From contig NZ_JBNXUO010000010.1 of the NCBI RefSeq assembly GCF_050563535.1, forward strand, positions 74,226-98,225: 24,000 nt of DNA, read 5' to 3'. Shown one piece after another: positions 15,733-24,000 of the stretch. The position numbers and the translations under genes were made by a program. Below the pieces are notes generated by a model. The model was not told where the DNA came from, did no database searches, and saw only the letters and a list, made by a program, of their open reading frames with translations. The DNA is from Falsiroseomonas sp. CW058 (GTDB lineage Bacteria > Pseudomonadota > Alphaproteobacteria > Acetobacterales > Acetobacteraceae). How positions within the stretch are numbered: position 1 is the first letter of the stretch; every line of letters starts with the position of its first letter.

Positions 15733-16695
15733 TCAGCCCATCGCGCGCAGGAAGCGGTCGTCGAACAGGCGGGAGACGTCGACATCCTGCCGCAGCACCC
15801 CGCTCTCCCGCTGGACGGTGTGCGCCTTGCGGGTGAATTCCGGCAGCCCGGCCGCCACGTAGTCGCGGTTCTTCGCGAGGTCGAGCCATTCGATGTACTG
15901 TGCCGAATCGCGGAACTGCTCGGCGGTCTGGCGGGTGCGGTTGCCCATGATCTCCCACGACCGCATCGGCTCGCGCGCGATCATCTCGACCGCGTCGAAC
16001 CAGCTTTTCACCACGCGGCGCACCGCTTCGGCGTTGCGCTCGATGAAGGCGGGCTGGAAGGCGAGCGTGTCGACGACGCAGGCATGGTCGTTGGTGGTCG
16101 CCAGGATGCGGCCGCGATCCGCCCCCATCTGCCGCACCTGCGACAGGTAGGGCTCATAGGTCGAGGCGGCGTCGAACTGCCCGGCGACGAAGGCCTGCGC
16201 CGCGGGCTGGGGTGCCAGCGTCGCGGTCTGCACGTCGCGGATGCTCATCCCGTTCTCGCGCAGCATGTAGGCCAGCACGAAATAGGGCGTGGTCCCCGCG
16301 CCATCCACCGCCACCGTCTTGCCGCGCAGGTCGGACCAGCCGCGGATCGCCGGCCGCACCGCGATGCCGTCCCCCCCGCGCGAGCGGTCGAGCACCAGCA
16401 CCTGCGTCAGCGGGATGGACGCCGCCCACTGGATCATCGTGTCGACCGTGGTGACGACGCAGTTCAGCGCGCCCGAGGCGAGCGCCAGGTTGCGTTCGCG
16501 CTGCGGCACGAAGCGGGTTTCCACATCCAGCCCGTTGGCGCGGAACAGCCCCGCATTCTCCGCCAGCGTCAGCGGCGCGAAGCCGGTCCAGCCGGACATG
16601 CCGATGGTGATCTTCGGGAAGCTGCCCTGCGCCCGCGTGACGGCCGGCAAGGCGAGTGCCCCGGCCGTGGCGGCCAGGAGAGTGCGGCGGTCCAT
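15733..16695 (-). CDS. ABC transporter substrate-binding protein (NMT1/THI5-like), Tat-type signal
   Basis: Signal MDRRTLLAATAGALALPAVTRAQ (twin-Arg), followed by a type-2 periplasmic binding fold pattern (ITIGMSGWTGFAPLTLAE..G.F...GLDV......). It is the first gene of the SBP-permease-ATPase string. Confidence 0.9.
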   Translation of the reverse strand: MDRRTLLAATAGALALPAVTRAQGSFPKITIGMSGWTGFAPLTLAENAGLFRANGLDVETRFVPQRERNLALASGALNCVVTTVDTMIQWAASIPLTQVLVLDRSRGGDGIAVRPAIRGWSDLRGKTVAVDGAGTTPYFVLAYMLRENGMSIRDVQTATLAPQPAAQAFVAGQFDAASTYEPYLSQVRQMGADRGRILATTNDHACVVDTLAFQPAFIERNAEAVRRVVKSWFDAVEMIAREPMRSWEIMGNRTRQTAEQFRDSAQYIEWLDLAKNRDYVAAGLPEFTRKAHTVQRESGVLRQDVDVSRLFDDRFLRAMG

Positions 16696-16767
16696 GGAGT
16701 GCTCCCTTGCAAGGCTCCTGCAACGAAGCGTAACCGCCTGCGGCCGCCGCGCAAGCTTCGTGTCGCG

Positions 16768-17307
16768 TCAGGTGGTCTCCGGGTTCTGCGTGGCGGAGGT
16801 CCCGTAGGCCCGGCTGTCGCGCAGCGCCGCGCGGTCGGGGTGCGACCCGGTCCCGCCGGAGACGAGGTCCACCGCCTGCGTCCCGCCCTCGCACAGCATC
16901 TTCACCGCGGCGAGGCTGGCGCGCAGCGCGGCATCGGCATCCAGCGCGGGGTCGCCCGTCCAGGCCGCCAGCGCCTCCGGCCGGTCGGCGCTGCGGGCAA
17001 GGCGCAGCACCATCTCCACCGCCGCGGCGCCGCCTTCCTCCTCCACGCGCACATCCCCCGCGCAGCCGACGCCGGATGCCGAGGCCCAGGACAGGGTGCG
17101 CCCGTCGATGTCCGCGTTGAAGCGGGCATGCGCGACCACCCCCTTGGCGCCGACCCCGCCGCCGATCGCGCGGATGCGGTCGCCCTCCTCGCGGAAGGCC
17201 TCCCGGAAGCTCGGCTGCCAGCGCGGCAGGTTGGTGGGATTGGCGAGGAAGGCGAAGACCTCCGTCGCCGGTGCCTGCACCGTGATCCGCGCGCGATGTT
17301 CCGCCAT
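16768..17307 (-). CDS. SRPBCC-superfamily (polyketide cyclase/START-like) protein
   Basis: N-terminus MAEHRARITVQAPATEVFAFLANPTNLPRWQPSFREAF is the typical SRPBCC opening (I.A....V...L.D..N.P.W.P). About 180 aa. Confidence 0.8.
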   Translation of the reverse strand: MAEHRARITVQAPATEVFAFLANPTNLPRWQPSFREAFREEGDRIRAIGGGVGAKGVVAHARFNADIDGRTLSWASASGVGCAGDVRVEEEGGAAAVEMVLRLARSADRPEALAAWTGDPALDADAALRASLAAVKMLCEGGTQAVDLVSGGTGSHPDRAALRDSRAYGTSATQNPETT

Positions 17308-17338
17308 GTCGTGCTGCCCCTGCTGGTCCGGGGGGGCG

Positions 17339-17363
17339 AACGCCGCGCGCGGGCCGGTGTTCC
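17339..17363 (-). promoter_or_regulatory. Candidate sigma-EcfG (general stress response) promoter: GGAAC-N16-CGTT
   Basis: The minus strand reads GGAAC ACCGGCCCGCGCGCGG CGTT, a perfect match to the alphaproteobacterial EcfG -35/-10 consensus GGAAC-N16-17-CGTT. It ends 31 nt upstream of the SRPBCC ATG (17307) in the correct orientation, inside a 56-bp intergenic gap. It is the only perfect match I found when scanning GGAAC/GTTCC occurrences by eye. Confidence 0.45.
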
Positions 17364-17609
17364 TTACCTGCGGCCGTTGCCGCCGGTCAGCGCGCCCACC
17401 GCCGCGCCGCCCGCGCCGCCGATCAGCGCCCCGGTCACCGCCGAGCCGCCGGTCAGCACGCCCACCGCCGCGCCCCCCGCGGCGCCAATCGCGCCGCCCG
17501 ACAGGGCGCGCTGCTGCGTGCGGCTCATCCCCTCGCAGGCCGCAAGCGGCAACAGGATGGCCGCGGCGAGGGCGAGGCGGCCGAGGAAGCGGGTGGGGAT
17601 GTTATGCAT
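17364..17609 (-). CDS. Glycine-zipper small lipoprotein (OsmB / 17-kDa-antigen-like)
   Basis: ATG at 17609 is preceded by a strong AGGAG (CACAGGAGATCGCC-ATG). Lipobox LLPLAAC. The mature part, GGAIGAAGGAAVGVLTGGSAVTGALIGGAGGAAVGALTGG, is a glycine-zipper repeat. 81 aa. Confidence 0.8.
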   Translation of the reverse strand: MHNIPTRFLGRLALAAAILLPLAACEGMSRTQQRALSGGAIGAAGGAAVGVLTGGSAVTGALIGGAGGAAVGALTGGNGRR

Positions 17610-17719
17610 GGCGATCTCCTGTGACGCGCAGCGTCGCAGGTCAATACATCGCCAGGTTGTGGCGACGGAAGGGCAACCGGGTGCCCGATCCGTGGCCGCA
17701 ACGGCACCCGCCGCGCCGT

Positions 17720-19930
<2,211 letters not shown>

Positions 19931-19986
19931 GCCCCGAATGTGGGCCCGCCATCGCGCAACGTCGAGCGCCGCGCTACATCCGCACC

Positions 19987-20448
19987 ATGCCCGTCGAGAT
20001 CGAGCGCAAGTTCCTGGTGGCCGGCGATGCCTGGCGCGCCGCGGTGGAGGGGCCCGGCACGCCGATGCGCCAGGGCTATCTTTCCGCCCCCGGCGCGGCG
20101 GGGCCGAGCGTGCGGATCCGCCTGGCCGGCGACCACGCCTTCCTGACGGTGAAGGGGCCGGGCGGGCTGGTGCGGGCGGAATTCGAGTATCCCGTCCCGC
20201 CCGACCACGCCGCGGCGATGCTCGACCTCTGCCCCGGCGCGGTGCTGCACAAGACGCGCTGGTCGGTGCCGCATGGCGGGCACCCCTGGACCGTCGATGA
20301 ATTCCACGCTCCCGCCCGCCTCGCCGGGCTGGTCCTGGCCGAGGTCGAGCTTCCGGCGGCGGACGTGGCGCCCCCGCTGCCCGACTGGCTCGGGCAGGAG
20401 GTGACCGGCGATCCGGCCTGGACCAACGCCGCCCTCGCGGCCGGGTGA
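19987..20448 (+). CDS. CYTH-domain protein (CyaB/ThTPase-like triphosphate tunnel metalloenzyme)
   Basis: N-terminal EIERKFLV signature (ExExK), an R.R...G...LT.KG pattern and a C-terminal LAEVEL motif. 153 aa. Divergent from uvrB across a 56-bp gap. Confidence 0.88.
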   Translation: MPVEIERKFLVAGDAWRAAVEGPGTPMRQGYLSAPGAAGPSVRIRLAGDHAFLTVKGPGGLVRAEFEYPVPPDHAAAMLDLCPGAVLHKTRWSVPHGGHPWTVDEFHAPARLAGLVLAEVELPAADVAPPLPDWLGQEVTGDPAWTNAALAAG

Positions 20449-20504
20449 CGGTGACGTCACCCGTTCCGCTCGCCGCCCTGTGAGGCGCCGTGACGGTGCC
20501 GGGA

Positions 20505-20529
20505 CGAACAGAAGCGGCCGGGCGCCGTT
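20505..20529 (+). promoter_or_regulatory. Near-consensus EcfG-type promoter motif (cGAAC-N16-CGTT)
   Basis: The plus strand reads CGAAC (20505-20509), a 16-nt spacer, then CGTT (20526-20529). It ends 48 nt upstream of the ATG at 20578. There is one mismatch to GGAAC in the -35 element. Confidence 0.25.
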
Positions 20530-20577
20530 GAGGCTTCCGTGCGGGCGTTGAAGCCCGGAACGACGGAAGGAAACCCC

Positions 20578-21444
20578 ATGAGCATCCGCCACATGGCGGC
20601 CGCGACGGCTGTCGCGGCCTCGCTTGGGCTTGGCATGGCCGCAGCCCAGACCGCCCAGCAGGTCAACCCCAGCCCGATGCCGCCGGGCAGCCGCGCCGAA
20701 CAGGCGCCCGGGATGCGCAGCGACGGCGCCGGCAACAACTCCCCCGGCACCACCGCCCAGCAGGTGAACCCGAGCCCGATGCCCCCCGGCAGCCGTGCCG
20801 ACCAGGCGCGCGGCATGAACCCGCAGGACCGCGTGGCGCAGGATCGCGGCACGGTGGGCGGCACCGGCGCGCTCGCGCCCAGTGGCCAGCCCGACGTGCA
20901 GCGCGGCACCGCGCCGCGCGACGGCGGCTTCGGCGCGACCCCCGGCAGCGCCGGCGCCTCGCCCGGGCTCGCCCAGGGCGGCACCAGCGGCACCCCGGGC
21001 GTCGCGCCCGGCAGCCAGCCGGGCACCTCCGGCACCGGCACGGGCGTGCCCATGGCCCAGCCGCGCCCCGTCCCCGGCGTCGGCGCCGAGGGCGGCACGC
21101 GGGAGAGCCCGGGCATGACCGGCAGCGCCGGCGCGGCGCCCGGCGGTTCGGCCACCGGCACCACCACGCCCGGCACCACCACCCAGGGCGGCGGCCGGTC
21201 GGATGCGAGCCCGCCCGCGGCCACCACCCGCCACACCGAGCCGCGCACGGCGGCGGCCCCGGTGGCCGGCGCCAATTCCTTCACCGAAGGCCAGGCCCGC
21301 GCCCGCATGGGCGATGCCGGCTTCAACGACGTGCAGGACCTGCGCCTCGACGACCAGGGCATCTGGCGTGGCCGTGCGATGCGCGGCGGCCAGCAGACCG
21401 GCGTCGCCCTCGACTACCAGGGCAACGTCGTCGCGACCCAGTAG
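20578..21444 (+). CDS. Secreted low-complexity (Pro/Gly/Thr-rich) protein with C-terminal PepSY-like domain
   Basis: ATG at 20578 is preceded by GGAAGGAAA. Signal peptide [25 protein letters not shown] long disordered region contains an internal repeat. The C-terminal ~60 aa, [53 protein letters not shown], resembles PepSY-type domains found at the ends of similar alphaproteobacterial proteins (from recall, not a search). Confidence 0.75.
   Translation: MSIRHMAAATAVAASLGLGMAAAQTAQQVNPSPMPPGSRAEQAPGMRSDGAGNNSPGTTAQQVNPSPMPPGSRADQARGMNPQDRVAQDRGTVGGTGALAPSGQPDVQRGTAPRDGGFGATPGSAGASPGLAQGGTSGTPGVAPGSQPGTSGTGTGVPMAQPRPVPGVGAEGGTRESPGMTGSAGAAPGGSATGTTTPGTTTQGGGRSDASPPAATTRHTEPRTAAAPVAGANSFTEGQARARMGDAGFNDVQDLRLDDQGIWRGRAMRGGQQTGVALDYQGNVVATQ
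20650..20817 (+). repeat. Intragenic direct repeat (2 x ~66 bp, period 102 bp)
   Basis: 20650-20715 (ACCGCCCAGCAGGTCAACCCCAGCCCGATGCCGCCGGGCAGCCGCGCCGAACAGGCGCCCGGGATG) is repeated at 20752-20817 (ACCGCCCAGCAGGTGAACCCGAGCCCGATGCCCCCCGGCAGCCGTGCCGACCAGGCGCGCGGCATG). They encode [22 protein letters not shown] and [22 protein letters not shown]. Confidence 0.85.
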
Positions 21445-21536
21445 CGCCCGCCGGAGCGGCCGCGCGCCGCTCCGCCCCGCGCAGGCTTCCCCCGATCGGC
21501 CGCGCCCCCCGGCGCGCAACGGCCAAGGAGACACCC

Positions 21537-22310
21537 ATGACCACCCGCAGCATCGCCCGGCTCTACGAAACCTCCGCCATCGCCCAGGCCGCCATCCGCG
21601 ACCTCGAGGCGGCCGGCTTCTCCAATGACGACGTCAGCTACATGGGCAACCAGACCGGCGGCACCGCCGATGACACGACGACCGCCGACCGCCGCGGCGA
21701 CACCGGCGCCGACACGGGCGCTGCCACCGGCGCCACGCTCGGCACCGTGCTCGGCGGCGGCGCGGGCCTGCTCGCGGGCCTCGGCGCGCTGGCCATCCCC
21801 GGTGTCGGCCCGGTGGTGGCGGCCGGCTGGCTGATCGCGACCCTCACCGGCGCCGGCGCCGGCGCAGCGGCGGGCGGCCTGCTCGGGGCACTCACCGGCG
21901 CGGGCTTCGGCGAGGAGCATGCGACCACCTATGCCGAGGGCGTGCGCCGCGGCGGCCACCTCGTCGTCGTGCGCGCCACGGATGCGCGCGCGATGGAGGC
22001 TGAGCGCATCCTTGAGCGCCACGGCCCGATCGATGTCGCGAGCCGCAGCGCCGACTGGCGCGCGGAGGGCTGGACGGGCGGGTCCGCCGCCAGAATGACC
22101 ACGGCCGGCACCGGCGCCTCCGGCACCCTCACCGGCAGCGGCACCGGCCTCGGCAGCGGCGCTGGCCTGACCGGCGCGGGCCTGACCGGCGCGGGCCTGA
22201 CGGGCACGACCTCCGACGGGCTGGGCAGCCGTGGTCCCGCGCCCGGCCTGACCGAGGACCTCGGCAGCGCCAACGACCCTACGCGCCGCCGCCGCGGCGA
22301 CGTCGCCTGA
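21537..22310 (+). CDS. General-stress-protein-like (YflT/GSP17M-type) protein with glycine-zipper membrane segment
   Basis: ATG at 21537 is preceded by a strong AAGGAG. N-terminus SIARLYETSAIAQAAIRDLEAAGFSNDDVSYM. Gly-zipper GGGAGLLAGLGALAIPGVGPVVAAGWLIATLTGAGAGAAAGGLLGALTGAG. Then EEHATTYAEGVRRGGHLVVVRA. By recall this architecture matches YflT-like stress proteins. A Gly/Thr-rich repetitive tail follows. Confidence 0.72.
   Translation: MTTRSIARLYETSAIAQAAIRDLEAAGFSNDDVSYMGNQTGGTADDTTTADRRGDTGADTGAATGATLGTVLGGGAGLLAGLGALAIPGVGPVVAAGWLIATLTGAGAGAAAGGLLGALTGAGFGEEHATTYAEGVRRGGHLVVVRATDARAMEAERILERHGPIDVASRSADWRAEGWTGGSAARMTTAGTGASGTLTGSGTGLGSGAGLTGAGLTGAGLTGTTSDGLGSRGPAPGLTEDLGSANDPTRRRRGDVA
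22164..22205 (+). repeat. 15-bp tandem repeat (about 2.8 copies) inside the CDS
   Basis: GGCCTGACCGGCGCG appears twice, then GGCCTGACGGGC, encoding (GLTGA)2-GLTG. Confidence 0.85.
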
Positions 22311-22321
22311 CCACTGCGCCT

Positions 22322-22356
22322 ATGCGTGCCGACGGCATCCCGCCGTCGGCACGCAT
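22322..22356. terminator. Perfect 15-bp-stem hairpin between convergent stress-protein gene and tRNA-Thr (candidate bidirectional terminator)
   Basis: ATGCGTGCCGACGGC (22322-22336), loop ATCCC, then GCCGTCGGCACGCAT (22342-22356), with exact complementarity. It starts 12 nt after the stop at 22310. No U-tract on either strand, which is common in very GC-rich genomes. Confidence 0.5.
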
Positions 22357-22433
22357 CGGTGGATGCACGGGGGCGAACCGGTAATCCTGCCGATGCCGGC
22401 ATCGAAGGCCGACCCGCTGCTGGGATGCGCAAG

Positions 22434-22505
<72 letters not shown>

Positions 22506-22667
22506 GCGGCCCCTTCCTAACGCAGCGGCGGCGCGTGCTCAATCACGGCGGCGCGGGCGGGGCCGGTTGCGGATCCGCTACGAACTCGCACGAATATGTT
22601 GCGATGCGATGCAGCCTTCGGCCCGCTGCCGCGTCCTGGCCCCGGACCAGACCGGGGGACCTGCCGC

Positions 22668-24000
22668 ATGGGAGCGGCCCTGCTGCGCCGGGACGGCGCC
22701 TTTCCATGGCGCGGCGCGGTGCTCGTGCTGCTGCTCGCGCTCGCCGTCATCGGCGGCGGGGCGGCGCTGCGCTCGACCGAATATGACGAGACCTACACCC
22801 GCCTCGTGACCTCGCCGGTGCCGCGGCCGGATTGGCCCGCCACGCCCTTCACGCCCGCCGAGGCCCGGCCCGCGCTGGAGGCGGTGGTGGGCCCGGCCGC
22901 GACGGCGCGCAACCTGCGCGAGACGGATGTGCACCCGCCGCTCTATTTCTGGGCGGCGGGGGTGCTTCGGGGGCTTGGCGGCACCTCGGTCGGGGCGCTG
23001 CGGGCGCTGTCGGTCGCCTGCGCGCTGGGCGCCGTCCTCGCCTTCATGGCGGCGGCGCACCGGGCGGGGCTGCCGCCGCTGGCGACGGGGCTGGCCACGG
23101 CGCTGTCCTTCGGTTTCGCCTATACGGGCGGTGTCGCACGCGGCTTCGCGCTGGCGCATCTGCTGCTGGGGCTGGGTGCGCTGGCGGTGGTGCTGGCCTG
23201 GCGGCGGCAGGCGGCCGGCGCTGCCGCGGCGGGCGGGCTGGCGGCGGGGCTTGCCTCCTTCGCCAACTACCTCGCTGCCTTCCCGGCGGCGGCGCTGGTG
23301 GGCTGGCTGCTCATCGCGCCGATGCCGGCGCGGTCGCGGCTGCGGCTGCTGGCGGCGGCGGCGCTGCCCTTCGGCCTGGTGCAGATCGGCAATCTCTGGT
23401 TCTTCCTCGCCCAGCGCGGGTCCCGCACGGAGCAGTTCGAGCCCTTCGCGATCGCCCCGGCGCTGACGCTGCTCGGCCAGTTCAATGCGGCCAGCCTGTT
23501 CGGCGGCCTGCCGCTCTATGTCGAGGGACCGGCGCGGCTCCTGCTCGGGGGGGCGCTGGTGCTGCTGCTGGCGGCCGCGGCGCTGGCCGTCGCGTGGCGC
23601 TGGCGCGCGCTGGGGCCGACGCGCTGGCTCTGGCTCGGCGGCTTCGCCGCGCCCTCGGCGGGGCTGCTGCTGCTCGGCGCCGCCTTCGGGAACACGCCGA
23701 TCGAGTTGCGCTACCTCGCCTTCGCCGCGCCCTTCGCGGGGGCGCTGCTCGCCGGCGCCGCGGCCGCGCTGCCCCGGCGTGCCGCCTTGCCCGCCCTCGG
23801 CCTCGTGCTGGCGGTGCAGGCGGCGGGCGCGGCGGGGATGGTGCTGCACCCGGCCACGCAGCAGACCTTCCGCGATGCCTTCGCCGCGCTTTCGCCGCTG
23901 CTCGGCCCGCGGACCCTGCTGCTGGTGCCGCGCGGCAATGACGGCGTCGGCATCGTCGGCGCCGTGCTGGCCGAGGCGCCGCCGGACCAGCGCATCCTGC
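22668..24000 (+). CDS. GT-C fold membrane glycosyltransferase, GT39/PMT_2 (ArnT-like) family; 3' end outside window
   Basis: Not in the supplied ORF track because it has no stop in the window. My own translation from the ATG at 22668 is open through 23999. It reads MGAALLRRDGAFPWRGAVLVLLLALAVIGGGAALRSTEYDETYTRLV...RETDVHPPLYFWAAGVLRGLGG..., followed by many hydrophobic segments. The first-loop YDETYT and DVHPPLYFW resemble the DE-x-(Y/F) and HPPLYY motifs of PMT_2/ArnT-like enzymes. GC3 is very high in this frame. Confidence 0.72.
   Translation, partial: MGAALLRRDGAFPWRGAVLVLLLALAVIGGGAALRSTEYDETYTRLVTSPVPRPDWPATPFTPAEARPALEAVVGPAATARNLRETDVHPPLYFWAAGVLRGLGGTSVGALRALSVACALGAVLAFMAAAHRAGLPPLATGLATALSFGFAYTGGVARGFALAHLLLGLGALAVVLAWRRQAAGAAAAGGLAAGLASFANYLAAFPAAALVGWLLIAPMPARSRLRLLAAAALPFGLVQIGNLWFFLAQRGSRTEQFEPFAIAPALTLLGQFNAASLFGGLPLYVEGPARLLLGGALVLLLAAAALAVAWRWRALGPTRWLWLGGFAAPSAGLLLLGAAFGNTPIELRYLAFAAPFAGALLAGAAAALPRRAALPALGLVLAVQAAGAAGMVLHPATQQTFRDAFAALSPLLGPRTLLLVPRGNDGVGIVGAVLAEAPPDQRIL

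Noticed and set aside
16696-16767. Possible TPP (THI-box) riboswitch upstream of the NMT1/THI5-like substrate-binding protein gene.
   Set aside because: Only 72 nt are available, and the conserved CTGAGA / ACCTGATCTGGATAATGCCAGCG-type core is absent. Only a fortuitous ACCTGA occurs. There is no supporting helix pattern.
19931-19986. SOS (LexA) box upstream of uvrB. I also checked upstream of uvrC (12201..12300).
   Set aside because: There is no GTTC-N7-GTTC (alphaproteobacterial LexA) match. The best candidate near uvrC (GTTC-TCCACCG-ATCC, 12252-12266) has one half-site degenerate.
22515-22542. Sigma-70-like promoter for tRNA-Thr on the minus strand (TTGAGC-N16-TTAGGA).
   Set aside because: The position is plausible, about 10 nt upstream of the mature 5' end, but the -10 hexamer is poor. 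Without TSS data it is too weak to call.
22578-23849. 423-aa minus-strand ORF, plus the plus-strand ORFs 22832..23941 and 22927..23466.
   Set aside because: They are shadow frames of the GT39-like gene in the 22668 frame. The products are highly charged, Arg/Gln/Glu/Gly-rich sequences with no membrane or domain logic.

Overview
Very GC-rich, alphaproteobacterial-type chromosomal window that reads as ordinary core genome. I support 29 protein-coding genes, two of them running off the window edges, plus one tRNA-Thr(UGU). I saw no rRNA, CRISPR array, transposase, integrase, phage gene or recognisable defence, toxin-antitoxin or restriction gene, so I do not claim a novel defence-type system.

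Gene content, left to right:
- TetR-like regulator (5' partial) and a phasin.
- A translationally coupled MarR / OmpR-type response regulator / EnvZ-type histidine kinase operon, divergent from a GNAT acetyltransferase.
- A long minus-strand string: uvrC - yqaA-like - pgsA - Pro-rich lipoprotein - moaD - moaE - two tandem paralogous polytopic membrane proteins.
- folB coupled to a PTR1/FolM-type SDR.
- A small secreted Gly-rich protein.
- A NitT/TauT-type ABC importer (SBP, permease, ATPase).
- SRPBCC protein, glycine-zipper lipoprotein, uvrB, CYTH protein, a secreted low-complexity PepSY-like protein and a YflT-like glycine-zipper stress protein.
- tRNA-Thr, then a GT39/PMT_2-like (ArnT-like) membrane glycosyltransferase that runs off the right edge and is absent from the supplied ORF track.

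Most worth a second look:
1. The uncharacterised tandem membrane-protein paralogs, co-translated with moaDE.
2. A perfect sigma-EcfG-type (general stress response) promoter motif in front of the SRPBCC gene, plus a near-consensus one in front of the secreted/stress protein pair.
3. A low-GC, structured ~295-bp spacer upstream of uvrC, containing a 100-codon ORF bracketed exactly by start/stop overlaps.
4. The unlisted GT-C gene at the window end.

Many long ORFs in the track are antisense or off-frame artefacts typical of high-GC DNA. The track also writes GTG/TTG starts as M.
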